A stretch of 64,000 nt of DNA from Laetmonice hystrix. Lineage: Eukaryota. The notes beneath the pieces are model-generated. The model did not search any database. It saw only the letters and a list, made by a program, of their open reading frames with translations, and had not been told where the DNA came from. The stretch's first letter is position 1; every line of letters starts with the position of its first letter. The stretch spans positions 18,786,001 to 18,850,000 of the forward strand of contig OZ249442.1 of the NCBI GenBank assembly GCA_965235115.1, read 5' to 3'. A program made the translations under genes and the position numbers. Positions 11,555 through 24,600 of this stretch are shown piece by piece.

Positions 11555-14207
11555 TGGCGCTGATGTAGCAGGGCCCGAGCCATTGCTGGGACATGCAGGT
11601 GAAGGGACGGAGGTAAATTCATTAACACCCCAATTAATTCCTTGTGCGTGTGACCCAAGGTGTTGGAGAGTGGTGGAGCAAGACGTGCTACACTAATTAG
11701 GAGTTGAGATGAGGATGGGCGAACCTAGAGGCATTGATGGGGCCGCTGTGGTGGTGGTGATGTTGGCACCGGTGGTGGCGATGGACGTGGCGCACTGAAG
11801 CCACCACCCTGGCCCCCCTTGTTAGCACAGTGGCTACTCATCAAAGCTCTGCTCCTGCCAAAATTGGGCGCAATCAGGACTCACACACACGCCCAATCAA
11901 TAATATTCCCGTAATTCACCACGATTTCCCCAGGTCCACATTCCATGCAATATGCGCTGAATTTCTGCAGGTGGATTAACATGCAAATTTGATGTGGGGT
12001 GCGAGGGAGCACACCCTGTCTCTATTTGCTGTATGTCTAATTCGAACATCAATATTTGGCCTTCCCCCCTACTCGGAGAGCACTGAATCTTCGCCACACG
12101 AATTATGTCAAGTCGGCCACCAGCCAACGGTTCAAATGCATGGCCTCTCCCCACTGTTATCATATTTATAACCTAAAATTTTCGATGGAGGGAAAATGCT
12201 GACCTGGAGAAATTCCAAAAGGGTGGTGGGGACAGTCTTGGAATGACATTACATGGTACAGAACAAAAAGAGCAAATAGTATGACCAAAGATTTCTCTCA
12301 TATCATTTTGCATTGCTACATTGGATTCATCCCAGGAGAAGCCCGAAGACAGTGTGATGATGAAATAAAACAGGGTAGGACGAATGGCAAGGGTCTGGTA
12401 CGCCGTGAGGAAATGTCAGGCCATTCGGTAGCCGCAGGTTCAAAGAGACAGAACAAATAGTTGTCCTCGATGTCAACTCCAAAGCCTAGATTCTGTGTCA
12501 CAAAAGACAGGCACCTGTACGAATTCTTTTAGAAAGCTCACGGTAGTCAGACTAGTAATGATTTAACTCTGGTTCGTCGGAACATCACTCTTAGTTTTCA
12601 TACCCCTCCCCCCCCCCCAAAAAAAAAAATGGTAATAAAAGAAGTCCCAATGTAGGTATTATCTCATTTAGAACTGTACTGTATCTAGTACATGTATAAC
12701 TTGTTTAATTTTCCACGTGATAGGAGAATATATTTATTGGCGTTCCCTAAATTGGTCAGGTGTCATAAAGTGCCTAGGGAGACATGTGATATATTTATAA
12801 TAAATACAGGTATCTGATAACTGTGATCGTTTATCACCTTTAATTGCCGTCTTAATGGCGTGGCACAGGGGCCAAGTTTTAAACACAATGTATAGGGGCA
12901 CAGATGGCCATGAAGGGCTGAAACAGCTGGTAGAGCATACTAGAACATCATGTATGACTCTTTACACCATGTGACACCGCTACTTCCTTTATCCTCGTCA
13001 ATCCCAGGGCCCACAAGATCACTTGTAACATCAATAGTGAAATTTATATAGCAAAAAAAGGTTTAAAAAAGGATGGGACGGGGTGTAATGGACTTAGATG
13101 AAAGATTATTTTTTCAGGAGGGGGGAGGGGTGTGAAGAGTTGATGGTTGTTGGAATGCGGCTAGCGGTGTGATGATGCCAAGGTTAATGGTGGTGGTGGC
13201 GGTGTGTCTTACCCACGTGTCTGAGGCCTGCAGCAGATGTGTACTCACACCCGGTGGTCTCCCCGCCCTAGGGTACTCGCTCGCACACGTCACATCGCCC
13301 TAACTCATCATCGGAACTGGCACATCCCATCAATAAAAATCAACATGAAATACGCACGGTTCAAACTTGTACGTGATCGTACACTGATCGCAATCAGTTA
13401 ATCGTCATCAGGCTTACGTCAGTCCTCAGCTGTGACCTTGTAAGGTCAAAAAATTAAATGTCACCAAAAAGTCGAAATTCTAGTCATCAAAATAATCGCC
13501 CAAAGCCGGGGACACTTGGTGGGGGAGGGGGGGGGGGGTGTTGAGTCGGGGGGGGGGGGGGTGAGTCTTATAAGGGTCTGTCTTGTAATTTCTTGTTGAG
13601 AAACAGTTCATATCGAAGAGTAGGACAGGTATTATTCTAAACCATTTTAAGAAAAGGGCAGACATGTAAATACTTGCCATATCTGAGTTTTCCGTTACCC
13701 TTGACACGTTCAATATGACACAGATGATGCCTGGGATTTAAAGGGAGACATGCCCGCGTCCATGCGAGCCAACATCACATTAAATTTTATTCCTCTACCA
13801 GCTGTATATATGCACCACATGGATGACACATTTAGCGGCCTGGAGAGCCTACTCGGGGTCAGCTGAAGCCACATCTGGTCAGGTCAGCTGACCAGAGGTC
13901 AGCCGGGCATTGAGCCGGCCACAGACAGCTCCATCTGGTGGTGATCAATGACGTCATAGTGCGTAACGCTCACGTCAGGAATGCAGTTGTAGCATGATGA
14001 GCGACTCGCCTAATGTATTTCAGTTATGCCTGCTCACCTGACGGCAACACATGCGATATTATTGGGAATTATCAGCATATTTTCAATAAACCAGGTGAAT
14101 TGTTGCAAGGAAGTAGTACTAATGATCATACTGATTACTCATACTGATTACAATGTAGCTGAAAGACGAATTGTAAGAAGGTGATACTAAAACCATCTTA
14201 ACACCTC

Positions 14208-14477
14208 TGGGCCCGGTTTTTAGTTTGCAAACCTAGTCCTAAGATTTAAATCTTAAGACTGAACTCTTGTTTCAGAGCTTCTGATTGGTCTTTCAAATGA
14301 AATGTGATCACAGGACCCCGCTTTCATGACGGCTCTCAGCCGAGTAGGTAATCCTGTATAAAGATGCTCAATAAAAAAAAAAAAAAAAAAAGTCAGCCAA
14401 TAAGAGACCATAACACAAGTCAGTCATAAAATTCCAGTCTTAAGATTGGTAAAGTGACAAACTACAAACCGGGCCCA
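14208..14477. mobile_element. MITE (270 bp) with terminal inverted repeats, PIF/Harbinger-like
   Basis: Left end TGGGCCCGGTTTTTAGTTTG; reverse complement of right end TGGGCCCGGTTTGTAGTTTG (19/20). Internal arms also match (AATCTTAAGACTG, ATTGG). No coding capacity. Superfamily is inferred from the GGGCC ends; no clean target-site duplication remains. Confidence 0.8.
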
Positions 14478-15031
14478 TGGTACCCAGAACAGTGACGGTT
14501 TTAGGTGTTAATGTTTATCGCTAATGATCCCATGATTATTGTGACGGGCAGAGAACCAGTTAAAATGACCACTGTTTCACATTCTACAGGTGTCTGCCAG
14601 AAGAAAATCACTTTTTTAACCAGAAAATTTAGTTTGTAATATGACGCTGACAATCGAGTTGTACATAACATTACGCATAGGCAATTAACATCCTGGTTGT
14701 GGGAGGCGCACTTTGACATGGTCGGCATGAACTGTTGTACACGTAATCTGGAAAACATTTCCTGTTACCGGAACCGAAATTATAAGGTAGAAAATCTTAT
14801 GCTTTATTCAATTAAAACAACCCCCTCGAAGTAAAGCACAAACTTTTAGAATTTTAACAGGAACTAGTCCGTCTTGAACATATTATGTTATTGTGGCTAT
14901 GTATTGGAAGGTGACTGAAGGTTGAAGAAATAATCCCAAATGAAAGTATATGATTCTCTATCCCTCACAAAGAGTAGTTATGGGGTTATAGCTTTGAAAG
15001 TACAAGCCACTGAAAATATGCTCGAGCCGAA

Positions 15032-15365
15032 TTGACGTTTTAAGGTCAGCCAAGGTCAAAGAATACGTCCCGCTACGTCATCGTCAATAGTGCCAAACGA
15101 AAGGGCCTACGACTAATAGGAACTATAGCCTTTTCTTTCACTGTTTTCAAGATGTACCCATATAGATCTGTCCATGACGTCATGTGACCATTTTACGTCA
15201 TGCTATATCAAGAACAATGGTGTAAAACGAAAGGTTACCTATGACTTCATATATATCTGTCAACAGTCGTAATACGTTGTCTCGCACCGTTTTCAAGATA
15301 TGAGCCAAAAGAGTGTTATCATAGGGGTCAAAAAGTATGGCCGCCATGTCGCCATATTGGATCTA
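15032..15365 (+). mobile_element. Degenerate fragment of the same Helentron/HINE-like family as 34120-35030
   Basis: AATGGTGTAAAACGAAAGGTTACCTATGACTTCATAT and GCACCGTTTTCAAGATATGAGCC...TATGGCCGCCATGTCGCCATATT align by eye with AATGGCGCCAAACGAAAGGTCATATATGAATTCCTAT and GCACCATTTTCGAGATATAAGC...TATGGCCACCATATCGCCATATT at about 34580-34727. Confidence 0.7.
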
Positions 15366-16215
15366 GACAAGAATTTGGCACAAAAACCGTATATTATGCA
15401 GTATATACGGTGTATGTCTGTTGGGAATCGGTTGGACTGGTCGCCTGGTTGTGGGGAAGTCATCGTGATCTTACATCATTTCGGCGACTAGGGCCGAGGG
15501 AGGGAGGTGGTGAAGGACAGAGATAAGACCTCGCCTCGTACCGTATTACCAGGGATATGGTGTGGGGGTTTCATTGTAGGAGAACAACCCTGTCTACTAC
15601 GCTCAAGTCGCGGTACAAAACCATTGTCATTAACCAACCGTTGATAACTCTCTGGTAGACGTTCATGTGTAGGTCTACTGCATGACTATTTAGTCAGGGT
15701 GAATAAAATGGTTGATATTTACAGGGTCCAGATACGTCAAGGTATCATCAATCATGGGTGCTGTAATATTATAGGATCACTTTGCAGGCCGTTTTGTAGA
15801 TTTCATTTATGGGTAGCCACAGCTGTCTGAGGTAGCTATAGAGGTATTATAATGTGGGCACAGGCCGACCAGCCGGTTCTGCTGTCAATCTGTCTTCACC
15901 ACCCACTGGCCGCCGTGCCTATATGTCACCAGGCAGCAGCAAACTCAGCGGTTTGTCGGAAAGCATTGGAGTCGGACCAGAACGCGACCTTTACACCTCC
16001 GTCCAGTTCTCTGCTCAGTCTTGGCCCTGAGTCTTGGACCCTACAACCTGGGTTTGCAGCAACATTAAAACTGTGAGAAACATGACCGAGTCCAAGGGAG
16101 TAGTTAGACAGAACTGAAGGACCCCCCCCCCTCACCCCCACCCCACACACCAGTCCTATATGGCTGGTTTTCATAAATGCTGTGCCTGAATTCTTTTCAA
16201 TATCTTTAGGATTAG

Positions 16216-16412
16216 GGGGCCTCTGAGGCCCAGTGGTCTGAGCCTCTGGCTCATAACCACAGGGCCTCTCACCTCTCGGTTCGAATCCCCCTCAAACCGG
16301 ACGTGAGGTTTGTCAGTTACCTGCTGTAAGGTGGTTTTCGCCGGACACTCCGGTTTCCTCCACCAGCAAAGCTGACCGCCTTGATATGACCCTGGGTGCA
16401 GCAAAGGGGTAA
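16216..16412 (+). mobile_element. tRNA-derived SINE with V-domain-like core
   Basis: tRNA-like head GGGGCCTCTGAGGCCCAGTGG (A box) and GGTTCGAATCC B box (16278-16288). Core GGTTTTCGCCGGACACTCCGGTTTCCTCCACC (16333-16364) resembles the V-SINE central domain; tail AAAGCTGACCGCCTTGATATGAC. No acceptor stem, so not a tRNA gene. Confidence 0.8.
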
Positions 16413-19400
16413 CCCCCCCCCCCACCCCAATCCAAATATTTTGGGTTAACATAGATTTATAGTCCGTATTAACTTGTGTTTTGAAAGTCTTTGGTTCTAT
16501 CTTCAGAAGGAACTGAGATATCTTTGTAAGGATGGTGAGGAAGTTAGACCCCCTAAGTTAATGGTGTCTAATACTGTGGTGGTTTATATTTTGACAAGGA
16601 CCTCATTAGTGTTAACTCCCATCATAGCCGTGAGAATACAAGGCCCTCTGCGTCCTTTATTCTAGCAAGCACTGCTAAGATTCTGACATCTTCCTAACAT
16701 TAGCACTAATTAAGGTGCGTTGCTTTCTTCCAAATTATGTGTAATTAATCCTGCCCTAGGTTTGAGGGAGCCAGAGATTTGTCAGGTCTCTGTGTCATTT
16801 ACTTCTCATTGTCATTGATGAGTGGTTCTTTTTGCAGACATGTGCGCAGCCTACATGTCAACTATGTGGACGTGGATTGTCAGAACAAATAGCCCTCTGT
16901 TTGCAGAATCCCTAATAGTACACGGTATGGGCTAAAGGACTTGCTTTTGTCTATCTCTATGTCATATAACTAAAAAAATGCTTATTTCGTAGGGATGAAC
17001 CAATTCGCCTTCATTCTGTTGAGATTTTGTCAATTCAAGCTGATTGACCTTGCCGATAATCAATATGATACAAATCCACGACCGATTCTATTCGATATGT
17101 GACCCAGGATCCAGAAATGATATTATATACTGGTATCCAGTTATTAGTGTATGGGGAAGAGAAGAGATGAAGGTTGTGGATGGATACAGTTGTGGATACA
17201 GAAAGGGAGAGTCCCTGACACTGACCTTGACGAGGCTAGCGGGCACACCGTCACATGGACCATGATCTTGTCACATTTGATATCTGAGAATTGTGAAACA
17301 CTGGGCCACCGCTGTGTTGTATGCATGCCTAAGTAATGTCGAGCGCGATGATGTTTGCCCCAGTTTCAGCCTTATATCTAGTATTACTAATGAGATAACG
17401 AGGATATGTTGAGGACAATGGCCGTTATGAGGTTAGGTGCCAGGTGTTTAATGTAGCAGCCTCAGTCAGTGTCAGGCAATGACACCCAACCTTCATTAAG
17501 TGCCATCTTACCTGATGACACGGGGCACCTGTAGCCAGAGGTTCGGGTTGCCGACAGATAACGGTTGTCCAGCTCCGATATCAAGGTTACCTCGCATGGT
17601 ACAGCGCCTCAGTGGATCACCTATCAGGTGGCCAACATCTTCTTTGACAGGGTCGTTGTTTATACCGCATCACCAGTAAATAATACAGAGCTGTTTATAG
17701 CATTTATAAAAATGGGCTTGAAGTTTTATATGTCTCTTCTCAGTTAATGGGAAAGTGCGGGTAGCAAATAAAATCGAAATATAAGTTTGGGTATGACAAT
17801 AAATGAGCAAAGAAGAAAAAATCGATAGCTTGGTTGGGAATGGGCGAGTTAAGGTGTTGGTGGGGTCAGGGTGGAGGGTATCGTTATCAGTGCAGTGCGC
17901 CACTTTCTTACCTGGTCTTTTGATGAGAGTTCCACAATTAACATGTTACCTTGGTGTACCACCAACATCCTCCTTGCGTGCCAACAGGCCAACACCTAAG
18001 GCTGTGATAGGCGCGGGGGTCAGCGTAGCCACCCTGTAGGGGGTGCGCTGGGGTGGAGGGCGCAAGGTGGCACGTTTCTAGGGCAACGTGTTTTGGGGGT
18101 TGGGGGTGGTGGTGGGTGCTAATGAGGAGAGCACGCTCATTTTTAAGACAATATTATTCATTGGAAGTCAACTAAGGAGTAAAAACACGATACGGGAAAG
18201 GTAGGATATAGTGGATATCGGACAATCTTTGAGTGTAAGGGGGGGGGGGGGTTATAAAGGATCGTATAACATTTGACAATGAGTCATCATTATGTCAGTA
18301 ATTGGCCGATAACCTTTTCTTTTAGCCCTCCACAACCATTTTTCTGTTCGAGTATTCTGGATGAAGGGGAGTATGATTGCCGTTAAACGTCATCCGTGTA
18401 CAGCTCATAGGTTCAATCTAAGGCCAAGAGGACACAGCACACTTTATTATCTGTATTTCCTCATTTTATTTCATCGTCAAGCTCTCATCATATTGGGATT
18501 TTCTGCCCTGCAGAAAGTTTAAGTATATGGATAAATGTGTTGATAGAATTTTGGTGAAACGTCTTATTTTTCATGCAAGAAGCTGACAGGAGGTACCAGA
18601 ATGAGGAATTGGAGTTAAGAGCAACCGTTGAGTAAAAGAAAAAGATACATCTTGTCATTATAACACAGACATTGGGGTTCATATTAGTGTAACAAATAAC
18701 AATAGCTAGGATTATTCCAGTTTCAACCGAGACACTTTATTTCTAGATCTGGTTGATTTAATGTTGTGACAATCGAGAACCTCTATTTCCCTTTCCGGAA
18801 TGAAATGGGAGTAGTCACGATTGTGGTTGGGTGATGTGGGTTGATTGTCTGCTTCCTCTGTGTGACGGTAGGGTGCAGGCAGGTGGGGGCAGGGGGTGTT
18901 GTACTGTAGGGGTTTCATTAAAATCGGACGGGATGGATTTACATTTTAATCACACTGACGGAGAGGAAGGTAACACGAGTCTTCCTTTGGCCAAGATATT
19001 AACTAACGATGATAATCATCATAAGTCTGATCGGTATTGAATGGAATATATACTTACTGTTCAGAGATGTCTTGGCAATAATGGAACCCCACAGTAAAGT
19101 TTGATTCCTGACTGTTTCAATTAAATGTTTTCAGCATTTTGCATTTCGCAAAACATCAATGAAGGGAGTAGAACCAATTAGTTTGCAACCACTAACGCTC
19201 TGGTTTCAGACATTTTTATAACAGACAATAATGAAAATTTAACTCTGCTCTGACACTGGAAGCCTTAATCCATTTCCCATACAGATTATTAAACTGGGTT
19301 TAGTATTTCTACAAGGTCAAGACAGTGACAGCGAACTCGTGTGTGGAGATATAGCCAGATGTCTGTCTCCCTGCAATGTCATGAGGTAGAAGAGATTTCT

Positions 19401-21106
19401 TATCTTTCTTCGTGCAGCTTTTATATCTAAACAGATGCTTTCCTGAAATTCTGCGAAACAATACCATTTCAAAACTGATTTTTAAAATGATACGCGTCTT
19501 CTAGAAGATGCAGGTATCTGACAAAACCCTTATCACGGCGGGAATCTACTCCTGCTCTGGGTTCGTATGGGGCATGACAAGATAACTACCGTCAGGAGGG
19601 ATGACGGCGTCTTTTCCCTTTCCATCTAACTGTTCAGATAAGCATCAATATAAGCTCACAATCAGATGCAATTCTTTTGATCAAACATACGTGGTACTGG
19701 TATTGTTATTTATGAAACCAATTCATTCACTTCATTTGTCTGAAAATAGGTCATGCCTTCAATGTTGATGATGCCATTGTTCATGCTATGATGTTACATC
19801 CGACACATGATACCTTTGAGGTTAGTCCGTTACTTACATTGAAACTATAGTTCAGATGGCTATAAGCTGCTAGTCGAATGTAAAATGGGGGGGGGGGGGG
19901 GGTGATATTGTATAAATTCGTTACAGCAACACATTGAGTTCTGTACCAGTAAGCTAATGAATGCCGGAGGTTATCTTTTAATGTGTTTAAATTAAAGGAG
20001 AGGATTTCCAAAAGTCCATTGATAAATAACAAAAATACGTTGAGAAAACTAAGTTGTTATGAAATAATGGGGATTTTAACATTTTTAAAGTTGGTGAAGC
20101 ACGCCAACAGATTGGCCCCCTTACATCAGACTTTGTCTCCATGATTGCGCCCTCCATTACGTTAAGTCACAGCGATAGCCTCACAGGTTCTATCATAGCA
20201 ATAGCTTGTAAATCTGAGGATCGGGACAGGAAGAAAAGAGGGAAGAATGATATTCTCCCGGGATAAGGAACCATTTCCTTGGGTTAATGGTGAAGACAAG
20301 GAGGAGCTTCCAGATCCACCTGCAGATATCATCAGCACAGCTCAATATCAGGCATGCCCAGCTGCCTTTCATGTTACTGTAATGACCCCGTTCACCCTTG
20401 CAAATGTATTTAAGCCAGGAAATTAGAAGTGTCAGGCCTTGTGAGGGTAAGACAAATACCGACCGGTCGCACACAGTAACGGTTGATTCAACTGGTGCAA
20501 ACCCAATAACAGTCCTACAGTGTGGATCATGTTCAATAAGCACTACACATGTCTGATTCCAAATCACATTCAGACCTTAAACAGGTCTAGCTAGGTTCAC
20601 AGGGTCAGCCAATGGTTGTACAGTGGTAGCCCCATGACCAGCCATGATGGGCGAAATTACTACATTTAAACATGCCAGGCAGGAACTAGTCGTATAGATG
20701 ATTTCATCACAGTGATGACATCATCAGTTTTTGCCTATTTATTGGTCTGGGCGGTCCCATGTTGCTGTACTGTATCACTGTAGAGTGCAACTTTGTCCCC
20801 AGGGCAGAGAGATATATAGGATTCTATGAAGTTCTTCTGTACGGCTACGCTTTATAAGTTTTGATATGTACATGTATTTGATCAAGCTGATGGTTTTCTT
20901 TTAAATTTTAATTACTGATGGAATGGAGCAATACATTAGTTTTCCAGAAAAAGAAACTTATTTTATATTCCGAAAAGAAACCCTGACATTTTAAATGAAG
21001 GGCAAGTACTTTGATCACGACTAACCCTACGACTATAAACGTCATGACATGCGATGAAAGCTTGGTCTTATCCTTATTTGGTATGGTCTAACGTATGTAT
21101 ACCTAC

Positions 21107-21644
21107 CCAACTGTTCACCAATTGCAGCAATGTTTCCAAGAGCCTTTTCAATCTGGTCAGGAGTTTCAACAATTGTTTCAATTTCCCCAACCTTGTAGCC
21201 AAAGTCAGTCATGTCAAGATCAACCACAAAGTTATTTAGGGAATATGATGTCCGGTTTGTTTGGAAGGTTGCAAATGGTTTACAGGTGGAGACCTTTAAT
21301 AGTTGGTGGATGGAGTCGGGCGGTTGGCCTGGCTGAAAGCCGGTTATAGAGGAGGAGGAGAGGGCGTACAGAATGTCCTGCTCCTGCTCGTATTCTCTGT
21401 ACTGAGCAGTGGTACCGCTCCAGTGTCTGCAGTCGGGTGGTACCTTGAGCTGCCAGGCTCCAGCCCTTTGTCTGAGCCATGTGTCGGCTAGGGTCAGGTC
21501 GTGGCCCGGTGTGTCGTAGTAAACGTCTGTGAACGACTGGTGTTTGATGAGGACAGCACCCTGGTCGTGCAGTCTCCTCTCAATGTCATCAGGAACGAGA
21601 AACTTCCGCTCCACTTCGATGGCTGCCGCCTCCTTACAGGCCAT
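21107..21644 (-). CDS. THTPA: Thiamine triphosphatase (CYTH domain), main coding exon; gene incomplete as annotated
   Basis: MACKEAAAIEVERKF (ExExK motif), DVYYDT, WLRQR, WQLK, YREY, FQTNRTSY and VDLDMTDFGYKVGEIE match human THTPA motifs (IEVERKF, DTYYDT, WLRRR, WELK, VDLDTADFGYAVGEVE) in order. ATG is in strong Kozak context (AGCATGG). Upstream acceptor TAATTTCAG gives an exon start at 21688. Phase-1 donor G|GTAGGT follows ...GEQL-G at 21107/21106, so the ORF-track tail RYTYV... is intronic. Confidence 0.93.
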
Positions 21645-24600
21645 GCTGACTGCTGGATCCTCTTGATGGCACCTTGCGCCCTCTTCGTCTGAAATTACCA
21701 GTTTGGCGAGTTTATTACCGAGAAAAAAAGACACAGAGACATTTCTGTCCTAAAATAAAGTTTGTATTGAAGCAGTGTTTGTAGTTAAACTATGTCGGTT
21801 ACACAGGACAAGAAAATGTGAGAATTAATTGGGCTCAGAGGCAGTAACCTTTAAAGGAAAGAGAAATGATAAGCTATGTTTGTCAAGACGACAGCAATGA
21901 AGTTTATGAGTTTCTCTTGTGGGAGACGGCCATTTAATGAGTGTCCACATTCTGACTTTTAGTTGGGCTCATAACGTAATTTCTGCTGAACTTAGAAAAT
22001 ATAAGCTTTCAACATAACTTTTGATTAGTTAGTTTGATTCTATATGGTCTAACTGACCATTAAGTATAATTAGAGAAACAAATTACATCAAATGAAAACT
22101 CTGGTGAGGTTGAGGTTAAGTCGTGGATGTACAACATTTTCTGAAAAGAATTCTAATTACATCAATAATACTTTCTCTTTTTAAATCCTGTTGAGATCCA
22201 ATTACCGGTATTTCGATATTTAAAATCGCTTTATGACTTCTGACTCATAAATTATTCAGACTAGTTCTGTCTCAGTATGAAAGATATACATGTACTATAC
22301 ATTTACTCAATTTCACGCTGAATAGAGCGCCATTTACCATCACGTTTCACATAATAGTCACTAAATATTGTTTTTGTAAACCCCCATAACCTCTAAAATA
22401 AGGTAAAGTTAAGAGTATGGGATATGATTATAACATACAATCATGTCTAGTCCTATGCTAACGTCAATGGTTTGACTGGTGTCTAGTCCTATTCTAAAGT
22501 CAATGGCTTGGCTGAAGTTATGGCACCAAGAACTCTTTCAAAGGCATAATAACTATTGTACAAAACCACAAACAATTGTATACAGAAGCATACAATTTCC
22601 ATGGTCAAATGTCCACTGGTTACAAATTAGTCAATAGGAATAATTTTGTGCTGGACCTTAGGAACACTGATGTTAAGCGTGCCAAGTCGGAGATTGTATT
22701 TAAGTGCATACTGCAGTAATCGACCCAAACTGTGAGTGTGGTGAGTTTGGGAGGTCGTCCAGGTCACATTAAGATGTCATGTCACGCATTGCCAGGCAAT
22801 TCAGCTAAAGCTATGCCACATGACTAGGGGCTCTTCGCTCTGTGGGTCTTTGCGATTTATCACCTGTTGCGCTACTCACTGTCCCAGAATCTCATTTTCA
22901 CTCTCATATTCTCTCAGAACTACTACTTGCAACGGACTTGGCAGCAAGACCTGCATTATATTCAACAGTGAACTGTTTCAGTAGTCAGTGAGGAGAAATG
23001 ACCTCAGAACTTGCGGGAAGGGCGCCTCTTAAACAAACCATTGGTAATGGTTCGAAATATGTAGACAGGACGTTTTCTACTCAAAATGTGGACAGCTTTG
23101 TATCACTGTCCGTTGATGCTGTCAGATTCTTTCGGTCAACTTTTCATCTGGGTTCATGTGCCTGGCCATTATAAGGACTTGAAAAATTGTTACCGCACCA
23201 CACGGCTTGTATACTTTACTGGCCTCCCTTTGCGACGGCAATAAAAGGAACGAACTTCACTGATCATGGTGATCATGATCAACTGCTTTCCTTTTTAATA
23301 TTCAACACTAAAACAAGAGGGATATACAGGCATGTTTCAGACAATGTTGGCAACGTCTGTGTGGTCTGGTGTTGTATTAGGGGACCGAACGCTGCCCATG
23401 AGCACGTCATATAAACCAGTCTCATTCCGCCAACCGAATACATTTACATCAGTAGTGTTCCAACATAAGGACGTTCAAATCTGAATAAAACACAAATTGT
23501 GATATAGCAAGTTTCAAACTGAATGGATACGGTTAATGGAAATCATTGAGGTCTTTTAAATTACCGGTAACGCTTAGTTATTTATAATAGATTACGCCAA
23601 TCTAGTTTAGTAAGAACCTATTACGGGGTCGGTTTAATGTCTTAAACGGTAAGACATGGGTTCTTTACGGATGGGACTAACATGTGATACATTGTTATAC
23701 TTGGCACCGGAGGAAACTCATAGCTGCAGGGGTGGGTGACGACCGGCGCCCCTACTTGCGGAGCCCCCCCCCCCCCCCCATCCAGTTTGAAAGTCGGAGG
23801 ATCTGGCTCTCCCCCTTCTCCTTACTGCGTCTACGTGATACTGAGCACAGTAGTATAGAGACTCACTACAAGGATAGTTAGACAAGTAGAGATATAGCTT
23901 TGAAGTGGGTGCGGCAGGGGGCTACCTGTCCGTAAGGGCACGTTTGATAGAGGCTTGGAGGTACCCTATCCCTTGTTATCTAGTGTTGGCATGCAAACCC
24001 CAGCCGCTGGCCACCACTACCAAGTGCATCCATTCCTATGCCCAATCAAGACAGTACACTTACGTCCATCATATACCAGAAACAAGGCCCTATTATATGA
24101 AGGATCATGCAGGAAACAGCTGCAGGCTCCGAGTTCAAACCGTCCAAGCCTGATTACGATTGAAAAGGTCAGACCGTCGTTAATACAAGTGTTGTGTCAC
24201 TACCTAGTGCGACAGTATTTATCAGTATCTTTATGAGCTGTGAAAATATGGTGTGCATCGCAATCAGGTACAAAAAGTGATGCTAAATATAATTGTTGTG
24301 TGATTTGTAGGACAAGTAGGTTCTTTCTCTTCAGAATTTAGGCTGAGACGAGTATTGTGACATGATACGGGTAGCCTGACTCAATAGGTTGGGGTTACTG
24401 GTGTCTATGTAAAGACCCTGAAAAGGATCACCCATATTGTTCTTTACAATATACATCATGTAAAAATCAGCCTCTTCCTACAGTATTTCATGATTGTATC
24501 GTATGAATACTCCTGCAGAGGACTTAAATTTAAAAAAAAAAATCTAGGATTTGTAAGGTTTATGAAAGAAGATGTTTTTAATTATTTTTGGCACAAGAGG

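Noticed and set aside
16216-16290. tRNA gene
   Set aside because: A and B boxes are present but there is no acceptor stem, and a SINE core follows directly.
21645-21734. ORF-track N-terminus MSFFLGNKLAKLVIS for THTPA
   Set aside because: Starts at a non-ATG codon and runs through a pyrimidine tract and acceptor; intronic upstream of 21688.
21850-22400. Kolobok-like MITE (TTAAAGG start)
   Set aside because: No matching inverted terminus or TTAA at the other end.
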